The position numbers and the translations under genes were made by a program. A DNA stretch of 60,483 nucleotides from a virus (taxonomy: Duplodnaviria > Caudoviricetes), in the IMG/VR virus record IMGVR_UViG_3300020045_006193, positions 1 to 60,483 of that record; one strand, written 5' to 3'. The notes beneath the pieces are model-generated. The model saw nothing but the letters and a program-made list of their open reading frames with translations, was not told the origin of the DNA and made no database searches. The first letter of the stretch is position 1, and each line of letters opens with the position of its first letter. Shown piece by piece: positions 18,101 to 30,100 of this stretch.

Positions 18101-21100
18101 ACTGGTTGAGTGGTTCGGTGTGCCAGTGCCTATTTTGGCATGACTGAACTCGTAAAATGTGCTGTTTGAACCGTGATAAAACTTAACGGGTTGACCATTT
18201 TTGTCTGAGAACTTAGAACCATTCCACCAGTCAAAGAATGCGCGCGACCATCGCTTAGGGGCTACTGAGAATTTACTGGCTAGTAAGTTAGGGCTATCTG
18301 CGAAGTCTGGGTCGAATGCAGCGTTTATGCTGCGGATTTGGTTGGAGTTAAACACGCCTATTGTTTCTATCTGGGTTCTATCGTATTGACTGGTCGGCTC
18401 TTTTAGGGTGAAACTATCAAAACCATGACCTTTTAAATAATAAAGGAAGTAAGCTGTACCGTAATCCTCATATGTCTCCCAATGCGCCGCTTTAACCTCT
18501 GCAATTACTAATTCCCACGGATACCCTTGATCCCAAAGAAACTGATTGCCCTCGTCATAGAAGCCATACACTGCTTTTTCAGCATCTTCTTTAGTAAATT
18601 GGCGACCTTTATTTAAAAAGACTTCATAAACATCTCGTGTATCCCCCTCTTTATACTTACTCTCTTTTATCTCATTAAAATCCTCATAAGCAAATTTCTC
18701 GGCTAAAGCTTTTGATTCAGTAAAGAAAAATATATTTTTAAATCTTGATTTAGAAAACTCATTAAATCCAGCGTTTGTTGTGCCGTGGTAATACGGTGTG
18801 TCAACATCAAACCCCATAGCCTTAGCTCTAGCCATCCTAGCCTCTTTCGACATATCCAATCCTTTAGCAACAGCGCGTAACCATTCCTCAGATTCGCCTA
18901 TATCGTTGCCTTTGTAGCCTTGTTGCTGGGCAAGCTTTATGCTGTCGCCACTTCTACCAACAGAATCAAACAACAAATCATTCGGTGCTTGCTTCAACGC
19001 ACTAATAGCCATACCGACTAAATCACTTTCAGTCATAGCGGTAACTTTTCTAAACCACTCAGTACGCTGTACGGGTGGCAATGCTTTACCGATAGCGCGT
19101 AGTTTGTTTCTGAACCATGTTAGGAATTTTTGAACTAGGGTAAGGCGTGGATGGTTCTCAACCAGATAGGCTAACACTTCCTCGGTAACGTGTTCAGCCT
19201 TGGTATTAGCTTCTTTCGCCCGTGCCAGTGCTGTGCGTATTGCTTTGCTGGAATTGGACGCAATCATGCGATCAACTTCTGACAGGATAGCCTTGAAGTT
19301 TTTATCATCTTTTCCAAGCTGTAGAGCGTGTACGCCTAACTCATGCGCAGCTAACCCTAACAGGTCTTTGTTTTTGTCGATGTTGTCTGCGGCAAAGTAG
19401 GTGGTGTCGTTTGCTGGATTGTAGAAGGCTTGGACTTTGCCGTTTTTGCTGTATTGCGCATCAATATCAGACTCAAAGAAATAAGGCTTGTTTACATCAA
19501 AAGGTGTAAACTCAACTGCATCATCAACGTATATTTCTGCACCAGCCGCCGCGCTTCCCAATAAGTCTTTTTTGATTCTAACTTTTAGTATTACTGGGTT
19601 TTTTATTCTACCTGTGACGTGTTTCAAAGTGGAGTTTGCATTAGGCTCAAAAAAAGAACCCGCTTGAAATTTCCCTGATTTTAATATCTTGTTAGCATTG
19701 GCTTTACTGGTTGCGTGGTAAACAATAGCATTGCCGTCTTTATCTATTTCATACAGTGCAGTTTCTTCGTTTTCATCATCTGAGTAAATAGCTTGTTGGG
19801 ATGGTTTTTTCTTTTTTATTGCTGCCAACAATTCAGGCAAGTCATCACTATCTGCATTTATTCCTACCCAGTCTCTTTCGATACCAATCTCATCAGTATT
19901 AAACCATTTTTCACCTTTTCCAGTATCTACAAGTATTCGGCTTTTATCGTCATTATGGTCAATTATCACTGGCTTGAAGCTAAACAACTCCCCACCACTA
20001 ATAATCCTATCCGCTTCCTCGCTACTAACCACCTTAACCTTACCCGTAGCCATCAACAACTTAGTCCAGCCTTGACCGAACTGTTTATCAAGCTGTGAGG
20101 TGAATGCTTGGGTGAATGAGGTTAGGGTGTGGGCGTTGGTTGGTTTATCGCCACGCGATTCAAACACACCTGTTCTATCTTGTAACTCAGGGTAATCAGC
20201 AAGGACATTATCGGGAACGGATAACCCCTCTTTCAGTGCATCATTAACTAATGCCCTATGCAGAAAGTCAACTGAAAAATTGGCATGGTCAAAATCCTTG
20301 AATGTTGCTTTTCCACCTTGGTCAGGATTTGAAGTAGGCTTATGCCCGTCTTTTTTTCCTCTTGCATAGTCAATAGCGTGTTCTATTTCATGACGAAGTA
20401 TTGATGGTGTGGATAAATCAACGCCACCGCCTTTTACATCCCAGTCTTTTAGCTGCTGTTCTGAAAACTTTGAGAACAGCCATATTGTTTTTTTTGTAAC
20501 AACTTCGCCAGTCTTGGTATTTACTCCAGTTTCTACGTCAAACCATGACCTTGTTGGGCGTGGAGTCGGTACTATTTCAACATTAACATCGCTTAATTCA
20601 CTAGGATAAAGCCCTTGGTAGTATTCAAATATCTTTTTCGGGTCATTGCTTCCAGCCTTTTCAATAATCCTTTTATCAAGGTCTGGATTTGTTGCAACCC
20701 TATGTAGCACGTCAGGGTATAACTCTCTAAACTCAGATTGAGTTAGCAAGTGTGGCTGGGTGTTGGTTGAGGGGGTGGATTTTGAGGGCTTGATTTCAGT
20801 ATCAGGTTCTTTATTCTCATCCTTAGCCTGTAACAACCGATTAACCTCTTTGTGTTTATCGGCAACCTCTTTTAATTTATCAGCATCCTTGAAAGGCTTG
20901 ATTTGTTCTTTCAGCTTTGGCAATTCTGATTGAGCGGCTTTAATCGATTTCTCAAATCTAGGCACAAGGTCAATAATAGAATCAACCTTGTTTTCTATGC
21001 GCTGTGACAACCCAAGCGGTGATTGCTGTTGCCCGCTTTCTTCTTCTGCATTAGGTGTAATGTAGTCAGTATGAAAACTTAAATCATAATAATCTGCTTT

Positions 21101-24100
21101 AGTTTTTACCGTAAGTTTTAAGTATGGATCACTAAATCCTGTTTTTTTCTCAACGATAATATTAAATCCAGCATAAGAAATAGTTTTCTCCTCGCCTAAC
21201 GCCATCTTCTGCCCGATGCTGATAATTTCGGCACCTGCTTTTTTCTTGTCGGAAAACAGCTTGCCATTTACCGTTATGGAAAACTTCTCAGGTGCGTTAC
21301 TCGCTTGTTCAGCATCCGCTTTTAAGTCAGAAAGAATATCATTGGATTCATCTAAAAACTTTTCATTCTTGGCAATGTCGCGCTCAATATCAAACTGCTG
21401 TCTTTTATGTGACTTCTCCAGTGATTGCAGTTTTTTAACGTCAGCACGGAGTTTTATTTCTTCCAAAATATAAGGGTTGCCACTCGCTGCCGCTTTCATT
21501 TCAGCCGCGTTACTGGCTTCCCCTGCCACGTCTTCAACTTCGCGTGAGGTTATATCGCCCTTGCGTAACTGCTCAATGAAGTTAGCTTTACCCTCAATGG
21601 TTTGCCACATCCGACTATCAAGGGTTTTGCTGGTGGCATAGCGTAGGATTTGCACCTCAAAGTTGGGGTTCTCGTTAAAGAACTCATTACCTTGTCGAAT
21701 AATTCTACCCTCGCGCTGTTCCAAGTCAGAAGGTCGCCACGGCGCATCTATGTGATGCAAGGCGACAAGTTTATTCTGTACATTCATACCCGCGCCCATC
21801 TTGCTGGTCGATCCAAACAAAATACGCACCGAACCACTACGAACCCTACCGAACAGCTTACCCTTTTTAATATCGGTGTTGGCATCATGGATAAAGGCGA
21901 TTTCATTCAATGGAATGCCTAGCGCAACCAATTTAGACCGCATATCATCGTACATACTGAACTTTTGATTAAGTGCTGATATATCATCGGGTGATAGCTT
22001 GTCAAGCGCATCCTGTGCGGTTTCATCACCTTGTTCAGCTTTTACTACCAACTCATCATAAGCCGCTTTTTCTTTGGCAACTGCGCCCGATGGTATCGAC
22101 ATATCCAAAAATACCAACTGAGTACCATTAACTGAATGGGTATCTTTATAGATTTCATTAATACGGCGTACCGCATCATTAGTTTTTCCCTCTGGATTAT
22201 CGCCATAAGTCGGGTTGATTAAGCGCATATCTAACGCCGCTTTTCTGGCATCAGACATAATGGCAAGCATATTGTCATCGCCTTTCTTTAGCTTGCCCTT
22301 GGGCAAGTTTTCAGAGCGTTCAATTAACTTATTAACATAGCTTTCTTGGTCATCGCTTATTTCAACCACCACGTTATTAGGCTTGCCGCCTGTCACCTTA
22401 GGCACTGGTAAGGCAATACCCATTTTGGCAATGTCTTCACGGGTGATGGTATCGGAAAATTGCCGATACATCGCCATGAGTTCAGGCATATTGTAGAACT
22501 TGGCAAGGCGGGTATTCTGTTTGTACTTGCCCGATGGCGATAATTCCCAGTCTGTGACTATTTCGGCAAACTGACGAACCCACGCATCAAATACATTCAC
22601 TCCCTCTTTTTTAAGTGCATCACCCGACATATAGCGCATCATGGTGAACATTTCGGCAATGGCATTGCTGATTGGTGTGCCTGTTAAGAACACCAGATTA
22701 TTTCCCCCTGTTTTATCAAGCAGGAACTGTGTTTTGATAAATAGGTCAAAGGCTTTCTTTGACCCGACTGGATTGCCTAAACCTGCTACGCGCTCTAAGC
22801 CTGTGGTGTATTGCAGGTTTTTAAACTCGTGCGCTTCGTCAACTACTAGCGCATCAATGCCCAGCTGCTCAAAATCAAGGTTATCATCACGCTCCATATC
22901 AATAAGAGCCTGTAATTTAGACTCCATTGCATCCTTGGCTTTTTCGGCTTGCTTAACGGTGCGTGACTTTTTGCCCTCGGTAGTGCGTGACATTTCATTG
23001 ATAGCCGCTTGCACCTCGTTTATTTGCCAGCGGATAAAATCCTGTTCAAACTCTGCGGGGTTTTCAATCTTGGTAAGCTGTGAATGCCCGATAACAATCG
23101 CGTCATAATCGCCCGATGCAATTCGGGCCATCAATAACTTTCTACGTTTCGCGCTAAAGTCGTTTTTAGTTGGCACAAGGATATTGGCATTAGGGTACAA
23201 CTGCATGAAGTCACTGCCCCATTGGTCAACCAAATGGTTAGGCACAACAACCAGCGGCTTATTAGCTTTGCCAGTACGCTTTAATTCCATCACAGCGGCT
23301 ATAGCGGTTGCTGTTTTGCCAGTGCCTACCGTGTGGTCAAATAGAACACTTCCACCCTGTAGAACGCGCCACACTGCATTAAATTGATGTGGTCTTAATT
23401 TGAAAATGCTATCACTGACTTTGCCGACAAACTTTAAATGACTGCCATCATAGTTACGGCTTGCGTACACGTTAAAGGTATCGTTGTAAATCTTGGCTAA
23501 TCGATCACGTCTTACTGAATCGCTCCATATCCAATCATCAAATTCTGTTTTAATTTCACCCAGCTTTTCATTTGCCGCGTTAGTTTCATCGGTATTGAGT
23601 ACGCGAGACTCCGAACCATCAGGGTTCTTGTGCGTGTCGTAAATACTCGCTTGCCCATTGTTAAAGGCTTGGGTTAGCAGATAGGATAAATCAGCGCGTG
23701 ACGTTCCCCATCCAACCGCTTGGCTACCAGCAACCGAACCCGTGTTAATCGTCCACTTCGAGTTATAACTTGAATAAACGGCTACCGCATTGCTACCACC
23801 TGTGATATGGGCAATAAAAGCGTCTGAAACATCTTTAGGCAACCATGCCGCGCCCGACTTAACGGTGATGTCGATAGCTTGAACATCTTTAGGAATAACG
23901 GGTAACAGCGCGTCTATGTTTTCCTGTTTAGTGGCTTTCGCCAACTTCTCTTTAACATTGCCGCTTAGGTATTCTTCTTTTGATACCCAGCCTTTATCAG
24001 CATCTTCATAAATCAAGCCATGCAGGTCTTTGGTAATTTCATCAACGGATAAGCCTGTTAGCTCCTGCATATACTTAATATCAACGCCGCCTTTTTCGGA

Positions 24101-27100
24101 CATTGAGATAGTCAGTGCATCCTTGGAATTATCGGCTCTGGTCGGTGATGAATAAGGTTGTTGTGTACGCTTGGTGAAGATGTCAGCTTTTACCGCGCTT
24201 TCTTTTCGTGCGGGTTCGCCTGTACTTTTAGAGACTGCCACCGATACACCAGCGTCATAATTCTTTTCAAGCGATTGTAGGAACGGGGCATTAACATCAT
24301 TTTCAAACAGTCTGATATTCGCCGCATTATTCATGAAGCCGATTTTCTTAACTGCTGAATCATAGACCGCGTTCAGGATTGCCCGTGCCGATGCTATTTC
24401 AGAATTGCCAATATCGGTTTTAAGCTGTAAATCGCGTAGTTTTATCGCCACATCAGACACCTCTACCATTTGCAGTATGCGATTCTTTTCGGTAAGTGTA
24501 AGCGGTACTTCTTCGCCTTTTGAGTTTATGCGGGCTTTTACTTCTTCAATATATCCGTAGGCATCCTTAAAAAATAATCTATCTTTTATTTTAATATAGG
24601 TATTTTTGCGAGCATTCGCTACATCCTGTCTAGTTTTATCAAACTCATCCTCAGTAAAGCCACTGGAGTTAAGCGCGTCCTCATAGTTCTGGTTTGGCAC
24701 ATATTGATAAAGAGGATTGCCGTCACCATCAAACGCTATAGGCTGTTGGGCAGTAGGCATAATGTCTTTAGGTAGCCGCGCAATTGCTTCAGCTAACAGC
24801 TTGTTAGTGTCCTGTCCGTCTTTAGCGACTAACGCGGGTTCATCACCACGGAACATTGAATCAAACGCGCCCCATTCGCCTAACAGGTTTTCAGGATGAT
24901 CAATAAAATACTGGTTAATCGGTACTCCGTTAATCTCACCAATGTCATGCCATGTATCAGGGTTTGATGTTTCATTGGGCATTAACTTCTGTAAGAAAAT
25001 AATATCAGTCGTTACCGTGGTGTTAGCATTTTTGCTAAACGCATTATTAGGCAAACGTATCGCACCGATTAACTTAGCCTTACGACCGAATATCTCACGC
25101 GCATTAGCGTTATTGGAATCCATTAAGCTATTGGAAACCACCATAGCCAATACACCGCCATCCTTTAGAGCATCTAAACTTTTGGCAAAAAAGAAGTTGT
25201 GAATGGATAGGTGATTAAGGTCTTTGTTTTCTTTGTCGAATAGCTTTTGCTGACCGAATGGTGGATTGCCTATCGCTAAATCAAAGCTACCTTTTCTAAT
25301 GCGGTAATCTTGAAAGCCTGAGTTTGATATTCTGGCTTTAGGGTAAAGTGCCGAAGCAATAGCACTGGTGATTTTGTCTAGTTCGATACCGACTAACTTC
25401 GCGTAAGGCTTTAACTGGGCTGGCATAAAGCCGAAGAAGTTACCCACGCCCACCGATGGCTCTAATACCTGACCACCGTTAAAGCCGAATTGCTCAACAG
25501 CTTTCCAGATACCCGTGATAATTTCTTTTGAGGTGTAGTGAGCATCTTGTGTGCTACGTCTAGCAGAATCGTATTCTTCGGGTGTTAGCGTGGATTTTAA
25601 CTCCTCAGCTTCACGTTCCCAGCCTTTGGCAATCGTACCATCTGGTTTAGCAAAGGCTTGAGGAATACCACCCCAGCCTACATACTTGGACAAGTCTTTT
25701 TTGTCATCCAGCGTTAAGGCTTCACCATTGGCTAATTTTCTAATCGCACCAATGGCTTTAATGTTGTTCTTGAACTTGGTTTTTTGCCCACCTTCGGCAA
25801 TAGGTGAATCAATGGTGAAGTTATCATTTAGAACGAGGTCATCACGTCCTCTCTGATTATCTCCATTGCCTCTAGTTCCTGATACCCTGCTTTCGTCAGT
25901 TGACCCAGTTGCATCATTGCCGATTCCGTTTTCTCTTTTAGAAGTGGTTGTAGTTGGTTTGTTTGTTCCAGTTGTCGGTACGTCTTGGGGTTTAACGCCT
26001 TTAGCCGTTTCGCTATCTGGGTTTGCATTGATCCGTAGGTTATCATTGGGTTCACCTTGTTGTTTTGCCAGTCTAATTACTTCACTTGCTAGGTAGTTAA
26101 AGATACCGTCATCATCTATGTATTCATCTTCGTAAAGTTCGTTAAAGGCTCTATTATCTTCATAATACTTCCTGATACTCGCCTTAGCTTGCGCGTACAT
26201 CCTTTCGTCTAGGATAGCCCTATCTTTGAGATAAAAAATATCCGCCCCGTTAGTTTTTAGTGAACTATCCATTGCTTGCTTTGCAAAATCCTTTTGCTCT
26301 GGAGTAATATTAAATTTATCTAATCCTGATTCTTTAACGCTTTCGACAACAGGCTTTGCGGTTGGTTCATTTTCCAACTTAGCAATTTCGCCCTTTAAAT
26401 AATCAATTCTATCGGCTGTTCTGGCATTTTTTACCCTGCCTTGATTTGCGTATTCATTCTCTAAAACCGATAAATCAGCCTTTAATTCTTCAATAGTTGG
26501 CGGCTTTTCTTCTTGCTCAACTCTAACAGCTTTTTCAACAAAGCTACCAGTTGCAGAATCCATGCTTGCGTGTTGCGATACCAGTTTTCCATCACGATAC
26601 ACAGAATAAAGGTTATCGTTCACCTTGGTTATCTTGTAATCACTGCCATTCATCGGTGACTTTGCAGTTAATCCACCGCGAAGTGCTTTGTTAAACTCAA
26701 AAAGCTGTTGAGGCGTAACGGAGTTTTCAACTGTTGGTTCATTACCCCTTTCAGCAACCCATCTATCAATGGCTATTTTTGCCGCGTCTTTTCCAAAAAT
26801 ACTGCCTACATATAATTTAACATCCTTTGCTGCACCATTTATATAATCAAACGCGGCAAGAATAGTGCCTCCTTTCATAGATGAAACAGTGTAATTATTA
26901 GTTTTAGTGCCATTGGTGTTTTTACTAATCACATAGCTTTTTGCCGCTCTTTCTTCACTTGTTTCAGCGGGTGATTTATCAAACCCAACCGTACCCACAA
27001 CCAACTTATCACCAAGAGCTTGACCGATTGAACTGTTTTTAATGCCGTCTATGACTTGTTGCTGTCCAGACTGTTTGCCCTGCGCATCCATCAACAGATT

Positions 27101-30100
27101 ATCCCCAATCATCAGCAAAGCTGATAACGCGGTTTCCTGTTCAGTATTAAGCTCAATCCCCAATAACTTAGCAATCGCATGAACAAATTGTGTCCACGCG
27201 GTCTTATCCTTGCCCATTTTAATATCGGCAAGCATTTTTTGGAATACGGGGTCAGTTAATCCATAGGTGATAAGTTCGCGTAAGTTTTCGGTAGCTAATC
27301 CTGATACTTTCTTTAAATCGCCTGTAATACCATTCTTTTCAACGTGCTTAGTAATTAGGTTAGCAATCAATTTAAGCTGAGTCCGCGCTATTTTTTCATC
27401 TCTAGTTAGCGTGGATTCATTCGTATTACCCATGATGGCATTAATCTTTTCGCCAGTTACCGCGTGAATCAGCTCATGAATAAATCCTTTCTCTACTGCG
27501 CTTTCTTTTAACTTGGGGGTAACTGCTAAATTAACCGATATGGCCCTAGTGCCATAGTCATAATTCATGACTCCCTCAGTGCCGCGCTTATTTTTTAGCG
27601 TATCGGCAATGACTATGTTTATGCCATCTGGAAGTTGACCGATTAGCTTATTGGCTAGGATTTGGTGTAGCGGAATTGCACTATTAGCTATGATGTGCTC
27701 TAGGACTGCGTTTACGTTCCCGCTGGATATAAGTGAATGCAGTGTTTGTTTTTTTGCTTGCGCGTTCCTTGGAGTAGCTGGCTGTTGATCGGCTTCCTGC
27801 AATCGCTTAATAGCTAATTCCGCATATTCTCTTAAATGATTAATTACTGATTTTTTAGCACTAAAATCATACGATTCCCGTGTTACAGGATTAAGCAGCA
27901 GGTAATGAGGGATATTTGTTTTTGACTTATTGAAAACTTGGTTAAATCCTGCCGCAATAGCATCATCAATAAATTTCTTTCCAGATACGCCGTTTATTTT
28001 ATTGCCATTTTCAGCCGACTCATCTATCCATTGCTCATTACGCGCTTTAGATTCTGCCTCGCTTATCTCTTTTGCTTTTGCTTTCCCATCAACAAGCCTT
28101 TGCTCTTGTTCAGCGCGTTCCTGCTCCGTAAGACCAGCAAAGTCATAAACCTTTTGACGCTTTTCGTTCATTGGAAGACGTAGATACGACCGTCCAAGTC
28201 CTGCTATTTTTGCAAACCCTAACTGACTACCTTCGTTAAAATCAGACGAGTTCACAAAGAAGCTCAACATCTCAGGAATATCTTTATTTATAAGTGCCGA
28301 TATTCTCTTATTGTAAAATTCATCGTTCCATCTATTATCGGTTTTTGCTTGCTCTATCCTGTCTTCGGCTTCTTTTTCTAGTTGCCCGATATATCTATTA
28401 TCAACTCCTGTATTTGTGTATTTCTTATGGCTTCTAATAGACTCTGAAAGGTTGCGCTTAATAGCAGTTATCAATCCATCGGTCATTCCTTCTGCTAATA
28501 AGCTACGGTATTTTTGCTCATCGGTTTCCGCACTCAAGTTTTCGTTGAATTGCGCCTTGCCCTGTTTAGCGGGTTCGGCTTTGTCGGTAGCAGGTTGTGA
28601 TAGCAGGTCTTCAAGTGATTTAATCTCACTCATACCAATAAAATCTTTACCTCCTGCCGAAGCATACCCGCCTAGCAAATGCTCAAGGGTGAATTTATCG
28701 GCGGTTTCTTTGTCGGCAAGCTCTCTAATCTGCCCCATTACATAACTGGCAGTTTCTTTGAATTTAACAAAGCCCATTTTTGCGGCAATGCGGAATATCT
28801 TAGCCATGATAGGAACAAGTTTGGTTTCTTCTTCCTCGGTCATGTTCATCTTTCCACCAAGCAAGGATACCGCCTCGCCTATGGCTTGCCCCATTTGTGC
28901 CTTGAGTTCTTCCATTTCGCTCAATGGCTTGGTTGCTACCTTGCTTTCAATAGGTTCAGCATCATAGCCCTGATACTCGGTTTTATCCTGAGACTCCCAG
29001 ACACCATTTTCATTTTGTGCCACTGCCACAATATCACCGTCGTCATTAACGGTATGTGTAGGGTTAAATTGTGTAGCGGGTTCAGCCTTAGCCCCACCCG
29101 CTTCATTTAGCACTTCGGTTTTGGTGGACGTTTCTTTGCCGTTGTTGCCTACTGTTGTGGTTGATTGCCCTGGGAGTGGAAATTTTCCACTACGAGAATT
29201 TACCGCTTGCGTGTCGGTTTCTTTCGGGGTTGGGTTCGTGCTTTTGCCATTGGGGGCTTCCTGTGTTGGTTGTGAGAATGGCTTTAAAAATGATTTTCTT
29301 TGTGGGATTACTTCGCCAAATAAATATTCTTCTGCATGGTCTTTTGTAGCGGCGGCATAACCATACTTTCTATTCTTATTTTTCTTGTCGTTGTACCTAT
29401 CATAATCAGTTTGGAATATTCTTTGCGTTAAGTCATCGCCCCTAGATTCAGCTTCTAAAATAGCATTTTCAATAAGCCAGTTATTTGTTTTTGTTACGTC
29501 ACGCCCAAAAATCTGAGTTCTATCAGGATTGTCTTTATGTTCATAAAGATTGAATTTAGGGTATGGCGTTGTTTTTCTGCCTGTTGATGTTAGAGCAACT
29601 TGCCCAGAAGCCATTTCTCCACCAACAACACCCGCCTTTGCTTCCTGTGCGCCAGTGCTATCAGCTGCGGGTGAGTTAGAATCTGCTCCTTGTGTTGCTT
29701 GTTGTGCTTTAGCTGTTGATGTATTTGTTTTTGTATCATTGGTTAATGGCGTTTGATTTCTAATTACTAAGCCGCGTGATTGTGCTTTGGCTATGGCTTC
29801 GTTATGCGCTTCACGGGAATTGTCCGATGGTTGCAGTGGTGCGCTAAATTCCTCAAGCGTTAGCCCGTGGTCTGGGACTTCGGTTTTTGCACTTAACTTC
29901 TCGCCATTATTTAGCGCGGTCACGATACGGTTATCGTATTCATCCTGTGCTTGTCTGGTAAAACCTGCCGTGTCCTTGCTTATTTCAGTAGCAGTTCTAG
30001 TTTTTTTACCAGCTTTTCTGTTTTCAGTATTTACCCATGCCTTAACGAAAGCATCTTTATTGCCTTTAGGTGTTTTACCGCTAGGTTTTACCGCCGCTGT

